DNA of 64,000 nucleotides from Eledone cirrhosa (Eukaryota): NCBI GenBank assembly GCA_964016885.1, contig OZ024742.1, positions 290,098,001-290,162,000 of the forward strand, given 5' to 3'. Both the position numbers and the translations under genes were made by a program. A model generated the notes under the pieces. The model saw only the letters and a program-made list of their open reading frames with translations, was not told the origin of the DNA and did no database searches. Below, piece after piece: positions 27,939 to 43,377 of the stretch. The stretch's first letter is position 1. The number at the start of each line of letters is the position of its first letter.

Positions 27939-28699
27939 CCATACCTGCTTTGTTTTGGTCTTCTAACTCCAAACGTTTATACCTCATTACGCAATACTTC
28001 AAGTAATTGGAAAGACCAACGGAAACATTGTTCCCTCGGTCCGATTTGACGAAAGTCGATCGTATTTTCTATATATGTGATGTGAATGATAATTTTTAAA
28101 TTTGTGCGTATAGCTATTTTTAAGTTTGTTTTGATTGTCCGGAAGTGTATTCACTAACGTCTTAAAACGCAGGAAGACATGTTGGTTGAATATGATACAT
28201 AATTTGGAGAATCCGTTGAGATAAGTTCAAGTTTATTATTATTATTCGTATCTCCAAATTTTTCGGTACGCATGAGATTTGTACATATTTATATATATAT
28301 GTAGGTATGTGACATGTATAGATGTATGTATATACTGGGGTTTGAAATTATGTTAAGAATATACAGCTAGGAAGTAAAAGAAGAAAATTATTTGTCTCCA
28401 ACCTGTCAAAATAAGCAGAAGTCTTCAATAATTAATGCAAACGAATATTTAGTGCAATCTTTGTACACATAAAACTATGCTGATAATGAAGGAAAACACT
28501 GAACAGGATGTAGTTATACAAATGATTAAAGACAATACATGTTGCAAATCTGTAAAAAACAGGCAGTTTTGCTAAAGTACAAAAAGTTGTAATGAAAGCA
28601 GAGTTGTATACAAACAAAAAAACAATGAGAGTAGAATAAGAGAAAATGTATTCTTTGAGAGCATCCTTTGCTGTGTATGGTTAAATTTTGAACTTATAA

Positions 28700-28957
28700 T
28701 CCAAAATATCCTGCATGACATATTCATTGAAAGTCCCATAAGGATTTTGTTTTGATTGACTTCTACCTTACATCATGCACTTTAGAAAAAATAATTTTGC
28801 GGTCTATTTTTAATTGCTCAACGTAGGTAGATTTGAAAAATGTTTGTAATGTGACCAGAAAATTTGGTCAAATTCGGTTGGGAATTGTAAAAGCCTTAGC
28901 TGTCCAAAGTTGTCCACAGACACACACACATCCTCGCTTTTATATATATAGAAGATA
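28700..28957 (-). mobile_element. Helitron-like 5' end
   Basis: TCTTCTATATATATAAAAGCGAGGATGTGTGTGTGTCTG, similar to the 5' end of the 12232 element. Confidence 0.5.
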
Positions 28958-28960
28958 TGT

Positions 28961-31900
28961 ATCATCATCATCATCATCATCAACGTTTAACGTCCGTGTT
29001 CCACGCTTGCATGGGTTTGGACGGGGGTAGTCCCACTTGAGGCAAGAGTGATTGTCTTGCTCGCATAGGACTGTCTGGCAGGTTTTCTACAGTTGGATGC
29101 CCTTCCTAACACCAACCACATTTACAGTGTGGGTCTGGGAGGTTTTTACCGTGTTGCCTACACGGCCACATTACAGCGTGGACTGTGTGTTTTTTTGTCG
29201 TGACACCTACACGATCTCATTTGTTTCGGCCTCGATGGCGCGGCACCAACATAACTTTACATAGAACGGGGTGGTGTGGATCGGGTGGGGGTGGTGGGAC
29301 GGGGTGTATTTGTTAGAGATGCCTACTGGCTGGAGTAGGTTTTACTATATATTTAGGTAAGGCGGGTCTTCTCTGTTACTGAGTACCGCCAAAGGTCTCG
29401 GTCCAGTGACATTGTCTTGGAGAGGTGTAAGTGTGTGATGTCGGAGTTTATCAGCTCGTCCCAGGTTTTTCTAGGTCTGCCTATTCCGTGACTACCGTCT
29501 ATCTTTATTGCCCTGCACTTTGTTATACAGCTATCGACTTTCATGCGCATCACGTGTCCATACCAACGTAGCCTTCTCTCGAGTAAACAACATCTGATCC
29601 CTCTTATCTCTAATTTATTCCTTAGTTCGTTTATGCTTTGCCGTTCACGTATATTACTGTTACACATCCAGCGGAGCATGCAAGCTTCGTTCCTCTCTAG
29701 TCTGCGTATATCCTCTGCACACAATGCCCAGGTCTCACTGCCATGCAGCATTGCTGTTCGTATGCAGGCATCGTACAACCTGCCTTTCATTTTTAGTGAG
29801 AACCCTTTAGCAGCTAATAGTGGTATAAGCTCTCTGAACTTTTTCCAACCAGTTCTGACTCTAGCTACAGTACTTTCAGAGCACCCTCCCCCACTGCTGA
29901 TTTTATCGCCCAGGTAACGGAAGCTGTCCACTATTTCTATAGAACCCTCTGCGCAATTGAAAGAGCTAGTAGTTTGTGGGCACTTGCTGCTACTTATTGC
30001 ACCAGAGCACCGGCCACATGTAAAATCTATGTTCTTAGTTAGCCTACCTGTGATCCCACTACATCTTTTATGCACCCATACTTTGCATTTAGGACATAAA
30101 ATGGAGTTTCTACCTACGCCTTTCCTACACACCGAGCACGACCATTTCCCAGAAGGGACCGCCGCCTTGTTTTCTTTCCTACAAACTAGTACTTTGGTCT
30201 TAGCCAGGTTAATTTTAAGTCCTTTTGACTCTAGGCCGTGCTTCCATGTTTGGAATTTCTTCTCTAGCTCGGCCATTGATTCCGCTATGAGTGTCAGGTC
30301 GTCTGCGTATAGGAGTTCCCATGGGCAGCCTGTCTTGAACTCCTCTGTTATGGCCTGAAGGGCAATAATAAATAGTAGTGGACTGAGAACAGAGCCCTGA
30401 TGGACGCCGACTTTTACGCTAAACTCTTCACTATATTCGTTGTTAATTCTAACCTTGCTGACTGTTTCTTTATACATGGCTTGTATAGCCCTCACAAGCC
30501 ATTCGTCAACGCCTAGTTTTCTAAGAGCCCACCAGATAATGGAGCGGGGGACTCTGTCGAAGGCTTTCTCCAAGTCGACAAAAGCTAAGTAGAGGGGTTT
30601 ACCTTTAGCTAGGTACTTCTCTTGTAGTTGTCGTACTATGAAAAGAGCGTCTGTGGTACTTTTGCCTGACACAAACCCGAACTGCATTTCATCTAGGTCA
30701 ATTCTCTCTCTGATTAGTTGCGCTATTACTCTTTCCGTGACCTTCATGACCTGGTCGATTAATTTAATGCCTCTATAGTTACTCCTATCTAGGGCGTCTC
30801 CTTTACCCTTATAACAGTTAACGATGATGCTGCTATGCCAGTCCTTCGGAACAACCCCGTTTTGTACGACTTGGTTAACTATGCGGGTGACCATGGTGTG
30901 TCCCACCGTGCCAGATGCCTTCAGCATCTCAGCAACTATTTCCGAAGGCCCAGCCGCCTTACCAGTCTTCATATCCTTGATTGCCTTACTTATTATACTC
31001 CCCTCGACTAACACTGCTGGTCCCTCTATTGGGTCGATATGGGGGAGACTGCCTTTCTCCCAATTATTCTCCTCATTTAGAAGCCTTTCATAGTGACACT
31101 TCCAAGCTACCTTCTTATCAGCGTCGGTGATGGCAAGTGTGCCATCGTCGTTTAGTACACACTTCTCCCCGACAATATCACGGTTTTCCTTGACGCATTG
31201 CCTAGCAATCCTGAACACCTCACGTTTTTGGTCATCGCGTTGTAGAACATGCTTGAACTTTCTTTCCTCAGCTTCCCTTCTTGCTAAGTACACTTGTCTC
31301 CTAGCTTCCCTCCTGGCCACTTGATAGTCCTCTCTACTTCCCCCATCCCGCCATACTTTCCAAGCCTGCTTTTTGGCCTTAATTGACCCCTCCACCTTAC
31401 TGTTCCACCACCATGTTACTCTCCTCCTGCCTACAGGCCTGCTCCAGCCACAGACCTCGTCTGTCGCCAACAGCAGGTTTGCTTTCAGAAATTCCCACTC
31501 TCCCTCTATATTGTCCGACTCTAAATGTTCTTCCTTACTGTCGAAAGCATCAAGTAATATGCTTTGAAATTTATTCCTGGCTGTGGGGTCCTTTAGCTTC
31601 CATATTTTCCTCCTGAGGATAGTCCTCTTCTGTTGTCGAGTACGTCTCGTCCTGACTATGAGGTCGCTAATTATCAGTCTATGTTGGGAGGTGCATTCTT
31701 CATGGGGGAGGGATTTAGTGTTAACAACAGACACTCTGTCACGTCTTCTGGTAAGGATATAATCTACCTGGCTTGTGTGTTCCCCGGATCTATAGGTGAT
31801 CAGGTGATTGTCACGTTTTTTGAAGTTAGTGTTACAGATAGTTAGGTTATTTGCATCACAGAATTCCAGGATTCTGGAGCCTTCCTCATTTCTAGTACCA

Positions 31901-32332
31901 AACCCATAGCCTCCATGGATTTCGTCGTAGCCGTCACAATGTTGTCCAACGTGACCATTTAGGTCGCCTGCGATAATTATATAGTCACTGTCGGATATTT
32001 GGGAGGTAGTTAGCATCAGTGTCTCATAGAATCTGTCTTTTATAGTGCCGGGCAGTCCGGATTGGGGTGCGTACGCAGATATTACTGTCACCGTAGTTCT
32101 ATTGAGGACAAGTCGTATTTTAATTATTCTGTCGTTCACTCTATTTACGTCTATTATCTTATCTGCCCACTTTTCTGCTACCATGATTCCTACTCCACCC
32201 AGCCCATCGTCGTTTCCCACCCAGAAAAGCTTATAACAACGTTTTTTACCCTCAATGAACCTAGCAGACCCACCCCTCCACCTGGTCTCTTGAATACAAC
32301 AAACATCGACCTCCTTACGTTCAAGCATTTCT

Positions 32333-32335
<3 letters not shown>
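28961..32335 (-). mobile_element. RTE LINE with uninterrupted 991-aa APE-RT ORF (29353-32328)
   Basis: IQETRW, AYAPQ, GDLN, QVDYIL, DLEKAFD, YADD, PHD-like Cys cluster, RWYGHVMR; (ATG)n tail. Confidence 0.97.
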
Positions 32336-32852
<517 letters not shown>

Positions 32853-33067
32853 AGGGAGCAGCGGCTGTTAGGGCAAGACGTGTTTTCTTGGGCTCTGCTA
32901 GAGTCAGCAGCAACGCACAACCACGTGTTGCTACACACACACAAGAGGAAAGAGAAAATTTAAAATTTATGAGACCAATAGAGATATGTACATTTATATA
33001 TTTATATCTAGATATTGCTATTATCATTTACAGTCCCTCTGTGTTTAATGTATGTTCATTAGTATAT

Positions 33068-33378
33068 GTGTTGTTATTTCTGCTTGCATTTTGCATATAT
33101 ACATATATATATCTATATATATGCTTGCGTGGACCCCTCTCAAAAATTCGTTGGATTTTCTAATTGGATACCCCAACACTGGATACCAACACTGAATACA
33201 CCTGAACTTCTACCAGGAAATCTTTCGTTGTTATTTCTGCTTGCATTTTACATATATAGATATATATATCAATGGTTGCGTGGACCCCTCTTAAAGATTC
33301 GTTGGATTTTCTAATTGGATACCCCGAAACTGGATACCAATCACTGAATACACCTGAACTTCTACCAGGAAATCTTTC
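33068..33378. repeat. ~155-bp tandem duplication
   Basis: GTTGTTATTTCTGCTTGC...CTTCTACCAGGAAATCTTTC occurs twice. Confidence 0.85.
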
Positions 33379-33924
33379 ATATCAGTGAACATTTTCTTTT
33401 CTTTGCTTCATACATCGTCTGTGTTGAATGTGTGTGTATGTATTTGTATATATGCGACAGCAATAACAGCATCAACACCATTGTCTGCAGCAACAGCAGC
33501 AGTGAAATGAAGGACAACAACAACAGCAACAACGACAACAACTACAGCACCAACAACTGCCACCACCATCACTGACCATCCACCATCACCACGCTGATAC
33601 CATCCACCACCACCACACTGACACTATCCACCACCGCCATTACCAGCGTAAAGCAAACAATTATTATTGTTATTGTTATTATATACAAGCCGAACTGGAC
33701 TGGGAAAGGTCAACAGTTGACATGATAGTGATTTTGACGATTTTAATTTTGATTTTGATTTTGTATCAGTACTGTCGGTAATATATGTATATATATATGT
33801 TTGTGAGTGGTGTGTGTGATTGTATGCATGAATGAGTGTTGGTATGTGTGGTTGTGGTTTGTATGCATGAGTATTGGTGTGTGAGTCGTGTCAATAATTT
33901 TTTTTTTTTTTTTTTTTTTTTTAA

Positions 33925-37448
<3,524 letters not shown>

Positions 37449-37529
37449 CGTGTATGTATATGTGATGTGAATATTTAAATTTGTGCGTATAGCCATATTT
37501 CCTTCTCATTTAACACCCACCCTCCCCAC

Positions 37530-40500
37530 CTCCACCACGTTTGGTATACATGCCCGACGCTGTACGATAACCTTTCCCTTGTGAGTATATTATCAAACAG
37601 ACAAGGGGTGAACAAGGCTCCGTAAGCTGTAGTGTGGGCAACCCGTCTAGGAGAGCTACCACTCTGAATAAATTGGTGCTGGGTAGAGAAGTCCCCTAAG
37701 TCGAGTAAGACAACTTCCCTAGTGCTGGTGGCACGAATAAAAGCACCCAGTCCATGCTGTAAAATGAAGGGGTAGAGAGGCCCCCTGAGTCCAGTAAGAC
37801 AATCTCTCTAGTGCTGGTGGCACGAATGAAAGCACCCAGTCCATGCTGTAAAGTGGTGCAGGTGTTAGGAAGAGCATCCAACCAGTATATATACTACTGC
37901 CAAACACTATGAACACAACCAATGAAATTTGCAACAACTGCGTAAACCGTCATCAAGCAATCGCACAACAAGAAAAAGAACGAGACGTCACATCTCAGAG
38001 ATGCCACACTTAATGTTGGCACTCTAACAAGTAGATCTGGTGAGATAGCGGAGATGTGGGAGAGAAGGCATGTGGATGTGTGCTGTGTGCAAGAGGTGAG
38101 ATGGAGAGGTGCCTCTGCATGACTAATCGCAGGCAAACATCGTAGTTATAAGCTTTTCTGGGTGGGTAATGATGATGGGTTAGGTGGGGTGGGCATATTA
38201 CTGGCTGAGAGGTGGATCAATAAGATAATAGAGGTAGTTAGAGTTAGTGATAGAATAATTAAGCTTAGATTAGTTGTAGGCAAGAGACTACTGACAATCA
38301 TCTCTGCCTATGCTACCCAGGCAGGCCTAGGTAAAGAAGAGAAAGACTGCTTTTACGAGCAACTTTTACAAACAGTCGCAATGACAGAGGACAGAGACAT
38401 CGTCATGCTAGCAGGGGACTTCAATGGACATGTTTGACAGCTCTAGGATGAATACACTGGGGTACATGGTGGGCACGGTTTCGGCTCAAGAAATGAAGGA
38501 GTGAGGCTTCTTGAATTTTGTGATGCAAATGCACTAACCATTTGCAACACTAACTTCCAGAAGCCTACCAACCACCTAATAACGTACAAATCAGGCGAGC
38601 ACATAAGCCAGATTGACTTCCTGTTAGTTAGACAGCGAGACAGACAGATGGTGTCAAATACTAAGGCATACCCTGGGGAAGAATGTACCCCACAGCATAG
38701 TCTTTAGTGACATCTCAGTAAGCACGAGAAAGAATGAGACATACAGGAAGGTGTGGAAAAGAAAGGTCTGGAAGCTAAAAGACCTTTCACTAAAATACAA
38801 ATTTAGGAAAGCCCTTCAAGATGTGTATGTCGAAAAAGAAGACGATTTAGGGTTGTATGACATAGATGATAAGTGGAATTTCTTATGTGACAACTTACTG
38901 CAGGCAACCGAAGAAACATGTGGTTGGGGCAGAGAGTGACCTGGTGGTGGAACAGCACGGTAGATAGGGCCATAAGAGACAAAAGACAGGTATGGAAGGC
39001 TTGGAAAAATGGTGGGAGTAGGGAAGGATACACAGCCGCTAAGAGAGCAGCTAGACGTCAGGTGTACTTAGCACGCAGGGAGGCTGAGAGTAGGAGGTTT
39101 GCCAATGTTCTGCGACGGGAAGATCAGAGACGTGCGGTGGTCCGCATTGCAAGGCAGTGTGTCAGTGCAAATCAGGATGTTGTTGGAGATAAGTGTGTCC
39201 GGAATGATGCTGGTGTACTTAGTGTCACGAATGATAAAAAAAAGGAGGCCTGGAAATGTCATTATGAAAGACTGATGAATGTGGAGAATGAATGGGAGAG
39301 AGAGAAATTACCCCCAGTAGACCCAACAGAGGGACCAGATATTAAGATTGATGAATATAGGGTACAACAGGCAATTAAAGAAATGAAGAACGGTAAGGCT
39401 GCTGGACCGTCGGGGATAGTTGCTGAGATGCTGAAGGCATCAGGTGAAGTAGGTATTAAACTGGTTGCACGCATCATCAATCAAGTTATATATGGTGGTG
39501 TCATACCCAAACACTGGTGCAGCAGTATTCTCATAAATTGCTACAAAGGTAAAGGGGATGCTCTAGAGAGGAGCAATTATAGGGGTATAAAACTGATAGA
39601 TCAGGTTATGAAAGTGGCAGAAAGGATTTTAGCACAACTAATTAGAGAAAGGGTCAAACTAGATGAGATGCAGTTTGGTTTTGTGCCTGGGAAGAGTACA
39701 ACAGATGCCCTCTTCTTGGTGAGACAATTGCAAGAGAAGTTCTTAGAGAAGAATAAGCTACTATACTTAGCCTTTGTTGACCTAGAGAAGGCCTTTGATA
39801 GGGTACCCTGATCTGTCATCTGGTGGTCCCTAAGGAAGCTGGGTGTTGAGGAATGGCTTGTGAGGATAGTGCAAACTTTGTACAGAGGTACTCTCAGTAA
39901 AGTCAGAGTAGGAATGGAGTTTAGTGAGGAATTCCAGATACAAGTAGGAGTACATCAGGGTTCGGTCCTCAGCCCGCTCTTGTTCATTATAGTCCTCCAA
40001 GCCATAATAGAGGAGTTTAAGACTGGCTGTCCATGGGAACTTCTCTATGCTGACGATCTGGTTCTTATAGCAGAATCAGTAGAGGAGCTAGAGAATAAAT
40101 TCTGGCTATGGAAACAACAGAGGAGTGAGAGTGAACCTAGCTAAGGCAAAAGTGTTGATGAGTAGAAAAGAGGACAATACTCCGATTCCATCAGGGAAAT
40201 GGCCATGTTTGATATGTAGGAAAGGAACTGGCATAAATTCCATAAAATCTACACAATGCAGATCTTGGGTACACAAGAGATGTAGTGGGATAGCAGGCAA
40301 ACTAACAGGTAGGGAAAACTACGTATGCAGTAGATGTACAGGGAAAGTTGACAGTAGTAATCGCAGTGATAGACACATTCCAATGCAGGTGGGTTCTATA
40401 GAAGTGGTTGATAGCTTCCGGTACCTAGGTGATCAGATTAGCAGGGGGGGGGGGTCCGAGGCCATAGTATCTAGAATAAGGACGGGTTGGAAGAAGTTTA

Positions 40501-40902
40501 GGGAGCTGCTTCCTGTGTTGACAAAGAAGGGTTTCTCCCTGCATACGAAAGGATGGTTATATGATGCTTGTGTGAGATGCACGATGCTGCATGGTAGTGA
40601 GACATGGGCAACAACTGCAGAGGATATGCGACGGCTGGAGAGAAATGAAGCTAGTATGCTCTGTTGGATGTGCAATGTCAATGTGCGTGAACGACCAAGC
40701 ATAGACGAGTTGAGAAGGAAACTTGGCTTAAGAGGGATAAGTTGTGGTGTGCAGGAGAGAAGGCTGAGATGGTATGGCATGTGATGCGCATGCAGGATGA
40801 CCGCTGGGTAAAGAAGTACCAAGAAATCCCAGTAGAAGGAAGACGCAAAAGAGGTAGACCACGTAAAACATGGGCAGAGGTGGTGAGAACAGACCTCAGA
40901 TT
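37530..40902 (+). mobile_element. Degenerate RTE LINE of the same subfamily, with 5' UTR
   Basis: Multiple stops and frameshifts, colinear with 34115-37080; 5' GGGCAACCCGTCTAGGAGAG..ACTCTGAA motif. Confidence 0.93.
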
Positions 40903-42059
40903 TCAGAAGTATTTTTAATCTATGATATTCATTACACTTGACTATATCTTTATACACCTTTAAAATGATCCGTTTTCTTTAAAAATTAAAAAAAATTTTA
41001 AATGATCTTCCTTCTTAAATTTAGTATTTTTACCATTTGATATTATTTTCCTAATGATACTCTTATTAATTTTTTTTTAGATGTAGATTGATAATCTTTA
41101 ATTGACATTCTGAAAGATATCCTCTTTACAATAATTCTTCGAAATGTATAATACTTTTTTCCTCTTTTTAATCTTCAAACTTTTCACACATTTTTCGACA
41201 TGAATAATATGTAATTGAAATTCTCATCCTAGAAAAAATAATCTCACACAAAATAATATATAATTTTCTCTACATACTTTCTGAGTAAATCATTCATCAA
41301 ATTGAATGGTTAGCAAATAAGACTGGAGTTATCTTTTCCTTTACAACCGAGCAAAAACACAATTGATAACTTCTATGATAAACTATATAACTTCGCCAAA
41401 TTAACAATATTCTGAAAACATTTTCAATGTTGGAACAAAATGTTTGAATCTACAAATTGTTCTCCTCTTACAACTTGAACTACGTCTTTTTCTTAAATAT
41501 TTATGTAAAATGTAAAATCCTCCGTAACTCATTTTAGAAATGTAAACAATTAATACGTGCGTTTTATTTCAATAAAATCACCAATAATACTTAATACTTG
41601 CACAATTATTAATCTATTTATATATTTACAACCTGTTTTAATGTAATAAGATAAAATGTACTTACAACCATAATTCTTCATATAATCTAATTGATTATAT
41701 ATATACAATATTATAACTCATAATATAGATAAAGTAATTTTTTTTAAATTCTGTAATCATACTCCACCATTCCTACAAACTGTTAATCCTTTTTAAATTA
41801 ACGTAAATACAAGCTCTTCTTTCTTTCTTATTTCATTTCTTCCTCCTACACATACATATATATATCCTAATAATTATTTAAATCTATCTAGCGTCTAAAA
41901 ATAACTTTTTTTTCTTCAGACCTATACTTCAGCCTCATCTTAATAATTTGAAACATTTTACTTTTCTTCTCTTTCCCTTCTTTCCTTTACTATCCAGGAA
42001 TAACTTGAACCGTTAAGATCCTATTCCTGGTTATGTCAATATTTATAAAACAAACTTTG

Positions 42060-42119
42060 TATTTTATCTGAAGAGAGCGTACCAAAGTTTGGTACCCTTG
42101 AAATATATATAATAGAATA
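42060..42119 (+). ncRNA. Hammerhead ribozyme (family A)
   Basis: TATTTTAT-CTGAAGA-GAGCGTACCAAAGTTTGGTACCCTT-GAAA-TATATA-TA-ATAGAATA. Confidence 0.85.
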
Positions 42120-42453
42120 AATATGGTTTTATAAATATAGTTTCCATTTATTTAATATCATTGTATATATATATATATATATATATAAACGGAAAAAATG
42201 AAACGATATTTCATTTCCCACTCTTAGTACGGCTGTTACTTAAATATAAGTATGTACACGTACATACATATATGTATACCGACGTACAGTAGTATGTATA
42301 TATATATATACATACATGCACACATATATATATGCACGTATGGATTCACCGAACATTTATTATAATGCTCGGTGTGTTTGTAAACAAACATCCCGTATTA
42401 AGCCGTAGTGTCTAGCAACCACCGTTGCTCGTTTGTTCAACACTGACAAAGAA

Positions 42454-42496
42454 ACGATGTACTAGTTTCAAGCTTGTTAGCTATCGTCAGCAACGT
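42454..42496 (-). ncRNA. Hammerhead ribozyme inside a direct-repeat-flanked unit
   Basis: ACGTTG-CTGACGA-TAGCTAACAAGCTT-GAAA-CTAG-TA-CATCGT. Confidence 0.8.
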
Positions 42497-42757
42497 ATAC
42501 CTTCCTGCCAGATTGTTGAACGTATATACTTACCTTATGCATATTAACGGCTGAGTAGCCCAATTTGCATATCGAGTGGGTTAATCGGCCGGGTGCACCG
42601 AAAACGATAAACGGAAAAAATGAAACGATATTTCATTTCCCACTCTTAGTACGGCTGTTACTTAAATATAAGTATGTACACGTACATACATATATGTATA
42701 CCGACGTACAGTAGTATGATATTAAATAAATGGAAACTATATTTATAAAACCATATT

Positions 42758-42822
42758 TATTTTATTATATATATTTCAAGGGTAACCAAGACAACATTAG
42801 TACGCTTTCATCAGATAAAATA
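42758..42822 (-). ncRNA. Hammerhead ribozyme (family A), left arm of inverted repeat
   Basis: Reverse complement of 43250-43314 with one mismatch in stem II. Confidence 0.85.
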
Positions 42823-43249
42823 CAAAGTTTGTTTTATAAATAGAGACATACCCTTTGAAAACCATACCTTATCGGTTGGAAATTCACTGGATAGTGAAAA
42901 TATATTAGGGATTATTCAAACTTATATGTGAATATGCAAATGAATATGTAAATAATTGAAAAACAACCGTTTATTTAAATGACACTGGAGAAAGAGAGAG
43001 AGAAAAAAATAAAAAAATGGAAATTAACAAGAGGATGAATAACACTCATATAACGTAATTTGGAGGAAATATATTCTAAGTATATATCTAATGATACGTG
43101 TATTTACGATTAATTATTTGTTAAAATTCTTTTCTAATATAATATTTACTGTTATAAGTAGATAGAAAAATATTTCCACTATCCAGTGAATTTCCAACCG
43201 ATAAGGTATGATTTTCATGGGTATGTCTCTATTTATAAAACAAACTTTG

Positions 43250-43314
43250 TATTTTATCTGATGAAAGCGTACCAATGTTGTCTTGGTTACCCTTGAAATA
43301 TATATAATAAAATA
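43250..43314 (+). ncRNA. Hammerhead ribozyme (family A), right arm of inverted repeat
   Basis: TATTTTAT-CTGATGA-AAGCGTACCAA..TTGGTTACCCTT-GAAA-TATATA-TA-ATAAAATA; perfect 8-bp stem I. Confidence 0.9.
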
Positions 43315-43377
43315 AATATGGTTTTATAAATCTAGTTTCCATTTATTTAATATCATTGAATTATATATATATATATA

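Noticed and set aside
28320-28740. First exon of the Amun-like gene
   Set aside because: No frame ending in the expected split Trp codon with a GT donor was found
29543-32236. Plus-strand ORFs opposite the RTE (and similar antisense ORFs over other TEs)
   Set aside because: Antisense shadows of TE coding sequence
32868-32915. Minus-strand CTGCTGA..GAAA..GTC hammerhead-like motif
   Set aside because: Core mismatched and stems I and II do not close
37545-37680. HDV-like ribozyme in RTE 5' UTR
   Set aside because: Plausible by family precedent, but the nested double pseudoknot could not be built by eye
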